NCBI GenBank assembly: GCA_965552055.1
Contig: CBEVQO010000007.1
Span: 32,001-96,000, forward strand
Length of the DNA: 64,000 bases
Source: an uncultured bacterium
GTDB taxonomy: Bacteria; Hydrothermota; UBA3073; NMUJ01; CBEVQO01
Reading direction: 5' to 3'
A model generated the notes under the pieces. That model was not told where the DNA came from. It made no database searches and was given only the letters and a program-made list of their open reading frames with translations. Each line of letters starts with the position of its first letter. The stretch's first letter is position 1. The translations under genes were made by a program, and so were the position numbers. Of this stretch, positions 20,446 to 30,521 are shown in pieces.

Positions 20446-21167
20446 TGCCTTATTTTTACGCACCTCCGGAAAATATAAAGAAAGATGTTATAATTTTTCA
20501 GGATGAAGAATCGCATCATATAAAAGATGTTTTGCGTAAGAAACCGGGCGACTCTATATGGGTGACCGATGGAGAAGGTAGATTGTGGCTTTGTGTCATA
20601 GAAAAATCTTTTAAGAAAAGAGTAGAGGCAAAAATAATTCAGGAAATAGAAGAAAGAAATGACCCCGAAGAAGAAATCACATTAGCAGCACCCATCCCAA
20701 AAGGCAAAAGAATAGATTTTATGATAGAAAAAGCAACAGAATTAGGAATTAGAAAATTTATACCGCTTATAACCCAAAGGTCCGAAATAGAGACATGCAG
20801 AAGAGATAGATTAAGAAGAATAGCCATAAGTGCAATAAAGCAATCGGAAAGAACCATTTTGCCAGAAATAGAAGAACCTACACACTTCGGAAAAGTACTC
20901 GAACAAATAAAAAATTACGATATAGCCATTATGGGATTTAAAGAAAGTAAAGAAATACTCGATGGAATAATTAAGGGCAAAAAGAAAATACTTGTGATTG
21001 TTGGTCCGGAAGGAGGGTTCACCCAGGAGGAATATGAATCTGCCCTGAAATGCGGGATAATACCTGTGACGCTTGGTAAAACAACTTTAAGAATAGAAAC
21101 AGCAGCAATTGCTCTTTTAAGCATAATAATGAATGAAATAACAAAAAGTAAGAAGGAGCGAGGATGA
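20445..21167 (+). CDS. rsmE: 16S rRNA m3U1498 methyltransferase
   Basis: HHIKDVLR, EKATELG, VGPEGG, LRIETA. Confidence 0.93.
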   Translation: MPYFYAPPENIKKDVIIFQDEESHHIKDVLRKKPGDSIWVTDGEGRLWLCVIEKSFKKRVEAKIIQEIEERNDPEEEITLAAPIPKGKRIDFMIEKATELGIRKFIPLITQRSEIETCRRDRLRRIAISAIKQSERTILPEIEEPTHFGKVLEQIKNYDIAIMGFKESKEILDGIIKGKKKILVIVGPEGGFTQEEYESALKCGIIPVTLGKTTLRIETAAIALLSIIMNEITKSKKERG

Positions 21168-21553
21168 AACTCGAACAGATTTTTGCAAACATTGAATTGA
21201 AATTTAAAGATAAAGTCAAAAGAGTAAAATTAATGGTTGATACCGGAGCAAGCAAAAGCGTAATTTCCCGTAAAATTGCAGAAGAACTCGGTGCACTCAC
21301 ATTGCTTGAAAAACCTTATTATCTTTATACTGCACAGAAGGACGGAAAGATAAAAATCATAGGATACTGTAACCTTGATATCAAATTCGAAGGAGTTGAA
21401 ATTCCCGGTGGCACAAGGTTTGAGGTAGCAGAAGATGTTAGAGAAGATTTCACAGGTGTAATCGGCAGACCAGAGATTGATTCATGGGATATAATTTTTA
21501 CAAAGGAAGGACCAAGGCTTCGTAAAGTGCCCGTAGAATTTAAAATAATATAA
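21164..21553 (+). CDS. Retropepsin-like aspartic protease
   Basis: LMVDTGAS catalytic motif and VIGR. Confidence 0.75.
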   Translation: MKLEQIFANIELKFKDKVKRVKLMVDTGASKSVISRKIAEELGALTLLEKPYYLYTAQKDGKIKIIGYCNLDIKFEGVEIPGGTRFEVAEDVREDFTGVIGRPEIDSWDIIFTKEGPRLRKVPVEFKII

Positions 21554-21566
21554 AAAGGAGGGGAGA

Positions 21567-21740
21567 ATGATAACAGTAGAGGTACAGGATGGTGAATCTT
21601 TTGAGAAAGCATTTAAAAGATTCAAAAGATTATGCGAAAGAGAAAGAATATTGACAGAGATTAAAAAGCATCAGTATTACTATAAACCAAGCGAAATAAG
21701 AAGACAAAAATTGTTGAAACTTAAAAGAAAGAAAAAATAA
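21567..21740 (+). CDS. rpsU: 30S ribosomal protein S21, absent from the ORF track
   Basis: MITVEVQDGESFEKAFKRFKRLCERERILTEIKKHQYYYKPSEIRR...; RBS AGGAGG. Confidence 0.92.
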   Translation: MITVEVQDGESFEKAFKRFKRLCERERILTEIKKHQYYYKPSEIRRQKLLKLKRKKK

Positions 21741-23732
21741 ATGCTGAAAATCGAATCAATTGACTGGAAAAAGATTCGTGAATTGGTGGCTAAAAATACA
21801 CAAACAGATAAAGGAAAAGAGAAAGCACTTAAAATATTGCCATATAAGGACAGAAAAACCGCAGAGAAAGAAATAAAATGGATAACCGAATTGAAATATC
21901 TTTTGAAGACAAAAAATCTTACACCTTTCCCCGATAAAGAAATAAAAGAAATATTTGAAAATGTTAAAAAACACTTGTTGATAAAACCGGAAGAAGCGGT
22001 TAAAATTCTTTCTTTCCTTGAACATGTAGAAAAACTGAAAAATAATCTAAAAGATAAAAATCTCGAAATACATGAATTTATCAAAAATTTTGACCCTCTC
22101 CCCCATCTTCAAAATGAGTTAAAGAACACATTTACAAAAGACGGCAAGATTGATAGAAGAAAAAATAAAAGATTATGGGAACTTGAAATAGAAATTGCAG
22201 AGATAAAAGCAAAACTTGAAAAAGAAGCAGAAAAACTAATTAATAAATACAGAAAATATTTGCAGGATGAATTCTGGACATTGCGTAATAATCGCTTTGT
22301 AATTCCCGTTAAATTAGGTGCACAGGGAGAAGTTAAAGGAATAATACACGATGTATCAAATTCAGAAAAAACAGTTTTCCTCGAACCACTTGAAATACTG
22401 TCTCTAAATAATGAATTGCAGGAAAAAGAAATAGAAAAGAAGGCAGAAGAAGAAAAAATTTTAAAGAAAATAACAAATTTGTTGAGAGAAAATATAAATA
22501 CGCTTGAAAAAAATTTAGAACTCATGATTGAGTTTGATTTATTACTCGCTAAAGCAAAATTATCTTTGATTTATCATTTTACAGAACCAATTTTAAAAGA
22601 AGATGGCAATTTATTGATAAAAGGAGGTCGTCATCCTGTATTGATGCTTCAAAAGAAAGTTATTCCTCTTGATATCGAAATTGGTAATGGATTTACAACG
22701 CTTCTGATAACAGGTCCAAATATGGGTGGTAAAACATGTGCACTTGAGACAGTGGGCTTTATCGTATTAATGGCGATGTCAGGAATGCATGTACCGGCAG
22801 AATATGCGGAAATACCTTTTTACGAAAATTTATTCTTTGATTTAATTGATGAATCACGCTTTCAGCATGAGCTCTCTACATTCGGAATGCATCTGCTAAA
22901 CATGAATGAAGCACTTGAGTGTGCCAGTAAAAAATCTTTAATTCTAATTGACGAAATAGGGAGAGGAACAGACCCAATTGAAGGTAATGCTTTATCCTGT
23001 GCTTTTCTTGAGCGCTTCACAGAAATTGGTGCACATACAATTTGCACAACACATCAGACACCCCTTAAATACTTTGTAAAAGCAAGTAAAGGGATGGAAG
23101 CAGGAGCAATGGAATTTAAAGAAGGAAAACCAACTTATAGATTAATAATAGGTGAAATCGGGACTTCAAGAGCAATAGAAGTAGCAAAAAGCTTGAAAAT
23201 AGACGAAAAAATAATAAAAAGAGCAGAGGAAATTATGGAGAAAGAAGAGTTAAAAGCATCGAAATTGATTAATAAAATGGAAAAAGAGATACAAATATTG
23301 AAAGAAAGAATAGAGAAGTTAGAAAAAGAACTTGAAGAAAAGAAAGAAGGAAAAATTGAAAGAGAGGAAAAGGCAATAAAAGTTGAAAAAGCCGAAAGGA
23401 AAGAATTAAAAAATAAAAAGAAAGAAGAAAGGAAATCTTCTCTTGGCATACTTGATACATTGAAATCGGTGCAAAAAGAAGTTGTAAAAGATAAAATAGA
23501 TTTTGAAGATGAAATAAATTTGATGGGATTACATCGTGAAGAGGCTCTTAAAAAGTTACAGAAATTCATAGATGACGCAATTGTCGCGGGATTGCCAGAA
23601 ATAAGGGTTATTCACGGTATAGGAGGAGGTGTACTCATGCAGGCAGTTAGAGATTTTTTAAAGAAAGATGATAGAATAGAAACATTTTACACACAGGGCG
23701 GAATAACTTATGTAAAGTTTTATGAAGATTAG
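21741..23732 (+). CDS. mutS2: MutS2 with C-terminal Smr domain
   Basis: TGPNMGGKT, DEIGRGTD, VIHGIGGG. Confidence 0.9.
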   Translation: MLKIESIDWKKIRELVAKNTQTDKGKEKALKILPYKDRKTAEKEIKWITELKYLLKTKNLTPFPDKEIKEIFENVKKHLLIKPEEAVKILSFLEHVEKLKNNLKDKNLEIHEFIKNFDPLPHLQNELKNTFTKDGKIDRRKNKRLWELEIEIAEIKAKLEKEAEKLINKYRKYLQDEFWTLRNNRFVIPVKLGAQGEVKGIIHDVSNSEKTVFLEPLEILSLNNELQEKEIEKKAEEEKILKKITNLLRENINTLEKNLELMIEFDLLLAKAKLSLIYHFTEPILKEDGNLLIKGGRHPVLMLQKKVIPLDIEIGNGFTTLLITGPNMGGKTCALETVGFIVLMAMSGMHVPAEYAEIPFYENLFFDLIDESRFQHELSTFGMHLLNMNEALECASKKSLILIDEIGRGTDPIEGNALSCAFLERFTEIGAHTICTTHQTPLKYFVKASKGMEAGAMEFKEGKPTYRLIIGEIGTSRAIEVAKSLKIDEKIIKRAEEIMEKEELKASKLINKMEKEIQILKERIEKLEKELEEKKEGKIEREEKAIKVEKAERKELKNKKKEERKSSLGILDTLKSVQKEVVKDKIDFEDEINLMGLHREEALKKLQKFIDDAIVAGLPEIRVIHGIGGGVLMQAVRDFLKKDDRIETFYTQGGITYVKFYED

Positions 23733-25380
23733 TCCTGAAAAAATAAGGGAAATACTTGAAGCAAATCCCATCCTGGAAGTTTTAAGCGAATATCTTGACC
23801 TTAAAAAAGTAGGAAAACAGTATAGATGCCTTTGCCCATTTCACCACGATACAAAACCTTCTTTCTATGTATCACCTGATAAAGGTCTATTCCATTGCTT
23901 TGGATGTGGCAAAAGCGGAAATGTTATTCACTTTTTAATGGAATACAAGGGAATGACTTTCGTTGAAGCTGTAAGATATCTTGCAGAAAGGCGGGGTATT
24001 AAGTTAACATGGGAGCCTTCCGAAAATAGAAGGTTATATGAGCTTTGTGAATTTGCGGCTAAATTTTATCACAATCTTTTATTTTCTAAGGATGGTATGC
24101 TCGCAAGAAAATATCTTGAAAAAAGGGGAGTCAGTCAGGAAATAATTGAGGAATTTAAAATAGGTTATGCACCCGCATCCGGCAATGTATTCTTTGAAAT
24201 AGCAAGAGATGAAGGCTTTTCGCCAGAAGAAATAGAAAAAGCGGGTCTCGCAATAAATGCCGATGGAGAATACATCGATAAATTCAGAGGAAGAGTAATG
24301 TTTCCAATAAAAGACGCTTACGGCAAAATAATAGGTTTTGGTGGAAGAGTACTTGATGATAGAGAGCCAAAATATATGAATTCACCTGAAACCCCGATTT
24401 TTAAGAAAAATCAGACACTTTATGGACTTGATATTGCGAAAGAATACATAAGACGGGAAGATTACGCTATACTTGTCGAAGGATACATGGATTTGATAAG
24501 TTTGCATCAATATGGGATAAAGAATGTTGTTGCGAGTTTGGGCACATCTTTAACAGAAGGTCAGGCTCAACTCCTTTCTCGCTATACGAAAAATGTTTAT
24601 ATTTTCTACGATGCGGATGAAAGCGGTAAAAAAGCAGCAGATAGAGCAATTGATGTGCTACTGAAAGCAGGTATTTATCCCAAAATCCTTTTACCAGAAG
24701 AAGGCGACCCCGATGAATTTATAAGAAAAGAAGGTAAAGAAGGATTTGAAAAATTGTTAAAAAAGGAGCTTGACTTTATCGATTTTCGAATATCTAAATG
24801 TGATACATTGGAAAGGAAGCTTCAGATATCTCATCGTTTCGCAGAAACATTATCGCAAATCCCCGAAGGAATACAAAAAGAAATACTAAAAAAAGAAATA
24901 GCAGAAAGATTGGGAATTCCAGAAAATGCGTTAACAATTACAAGATACATCCCGGAGAGGAAAAAAGGAAACATAAAAATTGACCCGGTTGAAGAAATAG
25001 AAATAAAAATGCTCGCACTCGCAGCAAGAGCAGAAAATCTATGTAACTTGATAAAAAATAAATTTACATCAAACAATGAAAAAATAATGGAAATAGCGGA
25101 AAAAGTTTTTAGCGGAATGAAACCAGAAGAGTTAGTAAATGAACTCGAGGAAGATAAAAGAAACATTTTTATAAAAGCAATGTTTGAAGACAAAATGAAA
25201 GAGGACGAAGAAGTATTAAATCAGCTTATCGAAAGAAAAGAAGAATTTTTAAACAGGAAAAGATGCGAAGAGATTAAAAAATTGATTCGCGAAAAAGAAG
25301 CGAAAGGAGAGGAAATTCCTTTGGAATTGTTGCTTGAGCTTAATAGACTGAGAAAAAAAAGGGAGGGGAATTATGGATAA
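23722..25380 (+). CDS. dnaG: DNA primase
   Basis: CPFH..CFGC zinc finger, KYMNSPET, VEGYMD, YDADESG. Confidence 0.96.
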   Translation: MKISPEKIREILEANPILEVLSEYLDLKKVGKQYRCLCPFHHDTKPSFYVSPDKGLFHCFGCGKSGNVIHFLMEYKGMTFVEAVRYLAERRGIKLTWEPSENRRLYELCEFAAKFYHNLLFSKDGMLARKYLEKRGVSQEIIEEFKIGYAPASGNVFFEIARDEGFSPEEIEKAGLAINADGEYIDKFRGRVMFPIKDAYGKIIGFGGRVLDDREPKYMNSPETPIFKKNQTLYGLDIAKEYIRREDYAILVEGYMDLISLHQYGIKNVVASLGTSLTEGQAQLLSRYTKNVYIFYDADESGKKAADRAIDVLLKAGIYPKILLPEEGDPDEFIRKEGKEGFEKLLKKELDFIDFRISKCDTLERKLQISHRFAETLSQIPEGIQKEILKKEIAERLGIPENALTITRYIPERKKGNIKIDPVEEIEIKMLALAARAENLCNLIKNKFTSNNEKIMEIAEKVFSGMKPEELVNELEEDKRNIFIKAMFEDKMKEDEEVLNQLIERKEEFLNRKRCEEIKKLIREKEAKGEEIPLELLLELNRLRKKREGNYG

Positions 25381-27100
25381 AATTAGAAGAATTGTTGAAA
25401 AACTTGTCAATATAGATGGAACTGTTAGCTATGAAGAGATAAACGAAGCAATGGGTGAAGAAAATCTCAGTCCGGATGAACTCGAAAAGGTAATAGAAGA
25501 ACTGCAGGCAATGGGAATAAAAATAGTAGAAGAGAAAGAAAGGAAAAAGAAGAAAAGGGGACCGAAATCGAAGCTATCGGAACTCCTTGATAAAATTGAA
25601 GAATTAGATAAGGATGAATTCACATACGAGGAGCTCGGCGAAATAGTTGGAAAAGAAGGATTAATGCAGGATGAGCTCGAAGAATTTATGGACGAATTGG
25701 ATAAAAGAGGGATAAAAGTCATAAGCAGTGAAGAGCGTAAGAAAAGACATAAAGGAGCAAGGTATGAGGATTCTGTTGGATTGTATTTAAATGAAGTCCA
25801 AAATTTAAAACTTCAATCAAGAGAACAGGAGCAAGAAGCAGCTCGAAAAATAGAAGAAGGATACAGGGAAATAACAAAAGCTATCTTCGGAACATTGCTC
25901 GCACCAAGAGAGCTACTGAAATACAAAGAAAAAATAGAAAAAGATAAATTAAATGTCGAACATTTTATAAGATTGGGTATAGCTAAGCCAACGCATGCAC
26001 ATTTGAATAAAGAAAAGAAAAGAATTTTAAAAATATTATCACAAATAGAACAGAAATACAATGAAATCGAAAAAATGAGAGAAAATAATTGCCACGCAAA
26101 AGATTACAAAAGGAAGAAAAAAAGAATTAAAAATCTGGTAATAGCACTTGACCTGCAATTCAAATACCTCGATGAAATAGTCAAAAAATTGAGAGATGCA
26201 TACGCAAAAATGATGGAATATGTTGATAAAATTAAAATAACTGAAGATAAAGAAGAGATAGAACATCTTAAAAATGAATTACGCAAAATTGAATGGGATG
26301 TGGGTATGCGTCACTGGAATCTTAAAAAAGTTTTGGAGGATGTAGATAAATGGCAGAAAATTATTGAAAAAGGCAAACAAGAAATTGTTGAAGCAAATGT
26401 AAGGCTCGTAATCGCAACCGCAAAGAAATTTGTAAATAGAGGACTCGACCTATCAGACCTTATTCAGGAAGGAAATTGTGGACTGATGAAAGCGATACAG
26501 CGTTTTAATTACAAAAAAGGATATAAATTTGGCACCTATGCAACATGGTGGGTGCGTCAGCAGATAATGAAAGCAATCAGTGAACACTCAAGGGTTTACA
26601 GAATACCTCCTCATATGTCAAATCTTATGAGCAAAGTGCAAAGGGCAAGAAAGGAGCTACAGCAGTTAGGCAGGGAGCCCACACTCACTGAGATCGCAAG
26701 AAAAACAGGCTTGCCAGTTAAAAAAGTAAAAGAAGTTTTCAGAATGGAACAGGGACCTATCTCACTTGATAAACAGATTGGAACAAGGAGCGATGGAACA
26801 CCCATAGGAGACCTTGTGCCCGATACCGATAAAAAAACTTCACCATCAAAAGATATACATCTGAAAATAATAAGAGAAAAACTGGAAATGGCATTGAGAG
26901 ATTTGCCAAGAAAGGAATACGAAATACTCACAATAAGATACGGATTGGTTGACGGAGTGCCAAAAACTTTAGAGGAAGTAGGAGATATGTTTAATCTTAC
27001 AAGGGAAAGAATACGACAAATAGAAAAGAAAGCACTCAAAAGATTGAGATGTAAAGAGAAAAGCGAAATTTTAAAACCTTTGCTCGACTTACTTGAATGA
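25373..27100 (+). CDS. rpoD: Primary sigma-70 factor, divergent
   Basis: DLIQEGN.GLMKA, YATWWVRQ, TLEEVG..F..TRERIRQIE; follows dnaG; large non-conserved region. Confidence 0.9.
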   Translation: MDKIRRIVEKLVNIDGTVSYEEINEAMGEENLSPDELEKVIEELQAMGIKIVEEKERKKKKRGPKSKLSELLDKIEELDKDEFTYEELGEIVGKEGLMQDELEEFMDELDKRGIKVISSEERKKRHKGARYEDSVGLYLNEVQNLKLQSREQEQEAARKIEEGYREITKAIFGTLLAPRELLKYKEKIEKDKLNVEHFIRLGIAKPTHAHLNKEKKRILKILSQIEQKYNEIEKMRENNCHAKDYKRKKKRIKNLVIALDLQFKYLDEIVKKLRDAYAKMMEYVDKIKITEDKEEIEHLKNELRKIEWDVGMRHWNLKKVLEDVDKWQKIIEKGKQEIVEANVRLVIATAKKFVNRGLDLSDLIQEGNCGLMKAIQRFNYKKGYKFGTYATWWVRQQIMKAISEHSRVYRIPPHMSNLMSKVQRARKELQQLGREPTLTEIARKTGLPVKKVKEVFRMEQGPISLDKQIGTRSDGTPIGDLVPDTDKKTSPSKDIHLKIIREKLEMALRDLPRKEYEILTIRYGLVDGVPKTLEEVGDMFNLTRERIRQIEKKALKRLRCKEKSEILKPLLDLLE

Positions 27101-27501
27101 AAAATATAAAGAGGATCATCGATGCTAATCTGAACAGGCTCGCAGAAGGATTAAGAGTGCTCGAGGATTTTTGCAGATTCTCTCTGGAAGATAAAGAATT
27201 TGCAGATAAGTTTAGAAATTTACGCCACAAAATCAGAAAATTGCCAAAATATTTTATCGAAGAAAGAGCATCAGACACAGATATGTATAGAGAACCCGAA
27301 GAAGATAATCAAAATTATGAGGATGTAAAAAATCTGATAGAAGCAAATTTCAAAAGATGCGAAGAAGCATGCAGAGTCATCGAAGAATTTGGTAAACTAA
27401 TAAATGGTAAACTGGTAAAAGAGATAAAACCCGTTAGATTTTCTCTTTATCAGATTGAAAAAGAATTGTGGGAAAAATTAAATTCTGGCTATACGCAGTA
27501 A
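27097..27501 (+). CDS. ThiE-associated N-terminal (ThiD2-like) domain protein
   Basis: RIIDANLNRLAEGLRVLED and ANFKRCEEACRVIEE. Confidence 0.75.
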   Translation: MKNIKRIIDANLNRLAEGLRVLEDFCRFSLEDKEFADKFRNLRHKIRKLPKYFIEERASDTDMYREPEEDNQNYEDVKNLIEANFKRCEEACRVIEEFGKLINGKLVKEIKPVRFSLYQIEKELWEKLNSGYTQ

Positions 27502-28100
27502 TCGGACAATACACGGGTAGAAGAAAATTAGAATGGATAACAGAAGAATTATGCAAAGCACAGGTAAATGTGATACAACTTCGTCTCAAAAATGTAACTC
27601 AAAGGCAATTTTATGAAAAAGCTGTCAAAGTAAAAGAAATCTGCACAAAGTATAAAATTCCCCTGATAATAAATGACAGGATAGACATTTGCCTTGCAGT
27701 TAATGCAGATGGTGTACATCTCGGTGAAAAAGATATTCCCCCTGATGTCGCAAGGAAAATTTTGGGAAAAGAAAAAATTATAGGGCTAACTGTGAGAAGT
27801 CTGGAAACTGCTTTAAAATACAAAGATTTTGTCGATTATTTCTCTGCCGGAAATATTTTCCCATCTAAAACAAAACCCAAACCACCTGTATCTCCACAAT
27901 TTGTTAAAGAAATAAAAGAAAAGACAGGAAAAATATGCCTCGGTATAGGCGGAATAACGCTTGAAAATGTGGATAAAGCGCTTGCATATGGCATAGATGG
28001 CGTCTGTATCGCAAAAGATTTGCTCGATAGAGAAAATATAAGAGAACATGCAGAAAAATTGTTAACGAGAATACTTCATTATCTTTCTCAAAGAGGATAA
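27468..28100 (+). CDS. thiE: Thiamine phosphate synthase
   Basis: QLRLK, LIINDR.D, ADGVHLG, IGGI. Confidence 0.88.
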   Translation: MGKIKFWLYAVIGQYTGRRKLEWITEELCKAQVNVIQLRLKNVTQRQFYEKAVKVKEICTKYKIPLIINDRIDICLAVNADGVHLGEKDIPPDVARKILGKEKIIGLTVRSLETALKYKDFVDYFSAGNIFPSKTKPKPPVSPQFVKEIKEKTGKICLGIGGITLENVDKALAYGIDGVCIAKDLLDRENIREHAEKLLTRILHYLSQRG

Positions 28101-28376
28101 ATCTTTTAAAACTTCGCCTGCTATTTTGCGCTTCTCTTCAAGAAATTCTTTTAACTTCTTATTCTTCTCTAAAGCACTCTGCATCATACTCTTTGCAAAG
28201 GACTTTATTTTTCGATTATCCTTATGCTTTTCGAGGTATTCTATTATTTTTTTTACTACCTCTCCCCTTTCTTCTATCAATTTGCCTGCTTCCTCTAAAT
28301 TATATTTTTCGATTTCTTTTTTTATTTTTTCCGTTAGATTTTCAAATCTCCTGAATAACTCTGTTATTTCTGTCAT
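28062..28376 (-). CDS. Small helical protein, FliT-like
   Basis: All-helical 104 aa with LIEER; family resemblance only. Confidence 0.35.
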   Translation of the reverse strand: MTEITELFRRFENLTEKIKKEIEKYNLEEAGKLIEERGEVVKKIIEYLEKHKDNRKIKSFAKSMMQSALEKNKKLKEFLEEKRKIAGEVLKDLSSLRKIMKYSR

Positions 28377-28966
28377 TTCTTTGCTTTAATTTCGTTGATG
28401 ATTTCTCTAATAAGTGTCTGCCATTTTCTTAAATGTGGTGCGAGTTCATATTCCAGCACATCGCTCAAAGCAAACCAATCCCTTTTTGTGTGCGCTTCTT
28501 CAATTTTCTCAACTATTGTAGCAAGTTCGTCACAAATTTTAATGATTCGTGCACCATCCATACGCAAAATAGCACGCGGACCTTGGATAACATAGGTGAG
28601 CCACCACAAACCATCTGCAAGCGAAGCAAGAAGCTCATGGGCTTCCTTTTCTTCACCAACACGATAAAGCAAAGCAATATGTTCAACGCTCGGAATCAAC
28701 CTGTCAAGATATTCATCGGCGTCATGTAAAGCACTCTCCACTACCTCCTTCGGTGATTTCAGCTCAAATTCGACATCAGAAAGTTTACCAACTTCTTTCT
28801 GCCACAGCTCAGATTCGCTGCCTATATAAAGGTCTTCATCGCCCACTTTTACCTTTGTCAAAACTTTACCTTCGGCATTCGCTTTTAATTGCATCTCAAA
28901 TGTCAGGTCCTCAAGGCGTTTTTTGTCGTCTACTTCTATCTCCCTTTCACCAAATTTCACAAACAT
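28373..28966 (-). CDS. Conserved hypothetical protein
   Basis: Overlapping stop/start within the operon; C-terminal DWFALSDVLEYEL motif. Confidence 0.6.
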   Translation of the reverse strand: MFVKFGEREIEVDDKKRLEDLTFEMQLKANAEGKVLTKVKVGDEDLYIGSESELWQKEVGKLSDVEFELKSPKEVVESALHDADEYLDRLIPSVEHIALLYRVGEEKEAHELLASLADGLWWLTYVIQGPRAILRMDGARIIKICDELATIVEKIEEAHTKRDWFALSDVLEYELAPHLRKWQTLIREIINEIKAKK

Positions 28967-30521
28967 ATCGCCCCCTCTCTACAAGATACTTATAAGTTAA
29001 TACAGATACAAAACGCAAAAATCTAAATGAATGCCTCAATCTCAAAGACAAAGAAACAACATCACCTTTGTCATCCTGCTCAAGTAAAAAAGCATCAATT
29101 ATGGGGCGCAAAAAGTAATTGCGCCTCAAATTCAAAATCCCTTCACTTACCCTCTTAATTTTACCCTCAACTTCCTCAAATTTCAATCTTTTACTTCTCA
29201 AAATGGAACTCAACAAATAATCGCAAATTTTTTCGCCTTCAACACTCAAATTATGTAGATGGTATAAACCCATCTTCTCCTCCACAAATGGTTTATCAAA
29301 ATTCGTGTCAAAGGAAACTTTTTCTTCAAAATTTCCGGATAAAATTTTACGCCATGTAAACATATAAACTTCATTATAAAAATCATAAAGTGTTTTCTTA
29401 TGCAATGGTAAAAGATGTAAAAGCCCGTCTTTGTGCCTTGTGACATAAACCCTTACTCCTTTCCATCTTGCCTCAATTTTCTCCTTTTTCAGCATCTTTT
29501 CCATAATTTCGATTATAATTTCCGGTTTTATTTTATATTTGCATGCAAAAGATTTACAATTTGTATCTGGATGACAGGGATAACATGGAATATCTGGTTC
29601 CACAACTATATTATCTGCGCTATAAGGAGCTGTTTCATAGCTTCTTGCTGTACCCATACAAAGGGTAAGGCATGGCACCCCTACTCTGCTCGCTATATGC
29701 ATCGTGCCTGTATCATTTGTAAGTAAAATTTTGCATCTCTTCAGAATAGAAATCAATAAACCTAAATCAGTTTTACCAATCAAATCAATTACCTGTGCTC
29801 TCTTTTTTATCGCTTCACCAAGTGGCTTTTCTTTTTCCACGCCAAATAGGACTATCTTTGCCCTATTTTGAAAATGCTTCGCTACCTGTGCAAAATAATG
29901 TGGCATCCATATTTTTTCGGGTCGGGATGCACCGGGTTGAAAACCTATCAGAATATCCCCTTCTTTTACACGATTTTTATACAAAATTTCAACGGCTTCC
30001 TTTTCTTTTTCTTCCTTAACACGAAGCTCAGCATCAATTTCCGCTTCTACATCGCTTATCCCGGCAAGGATATCTGTTAGATTAAAAGGATTAAATTTTC
30101 TGTTTAAAACCGCATTCATTAAAAAACGAGTCCAGTTATCAATACAAAAAACATCCCCCTTTTTATAAATAGCACCTCTTTTCTCTTTTGCCTTTATCAT
30201 GTTCGCTAAAAGAGCACTCACAGCTTCTGGTACAAAATTTATAAGCAAATCATAATCTCTTTTATTTACTTCTTTTACAAAGTCACTGTAATATTTGTAG
30301 AATCTCGGAAAAAGAGCGTTTAACCGAGATAATGATGTCACAAAATCGAGTCGCTCAAATGTATGGATGAAATCACAATAAGGTATAAATTGAGTGATAC
30401 CAGCAAATTCCTTATTTACCAGCAAATGTACTTCCGAAAATTTTCTCTTTAATGCTTTAAGTACAGGTACACTTTCGAGAATATCACCCATTCGTGTTAA
30501 ATTCATCACAAGTACTCTCAT
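28947..30521 (-). CDS. Glycosyltransferase family 9 with C-terminal extension
   Basis: TRMGDI, TNDTGTMHIA, CYPC. Confidence 0.85.
   Translation of the reverse strand: MRVLVMNLTRMGDILESVPVLKALKRKFSEVHLLVNKEFAGITQFIPYCDFIHTFERLDFVTSLSRLNALFPRFYKYYSDFVKEVNKRDYDLLINFVPEAVSALLANMIKAKEKRGAIYKKGDVFCIDNWTRFLMNAVLNRKFNPFNLTDILAGISDVEAEIDAELRVKEEKEKEAVEILYKNRVKEGDILIGFQPGASRPEKIWMPHYFAQVAKHFQNRAKIVLFGVEKEKPLGEAIKKRAQVIDLIGKTDLGLLISILKRCKILLTNDTGTMHIASRVGVPCLTLCMGTARSYETAPYSADNIVVEPDIPCYPCHPDTNCKSFACKYKIKPEIIIEIMEKMLKKEKIEARWKGVRVYVTRHKDGLLHLLPLHKKTLYDFYNEVYMFTWRKILSGNFEEKVSFDTNFDKPFVEEKMGLYHLHNLSVEGEKICDYLLSSILRSKRLKFEEVEGKIKRVSEGILNLRRNYFLRPIIDAFLLEQDDKGDVVSLSLRLRHSFRFLRFVSVLTYKYLVERGRYVCEIW

Noticed and set aside
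28062..28100. Strand switch as a replication terminus
   Set aside because: Only about 26 kb from the dnaA boxes and no dif-like site recognised; explained by convergent operons.
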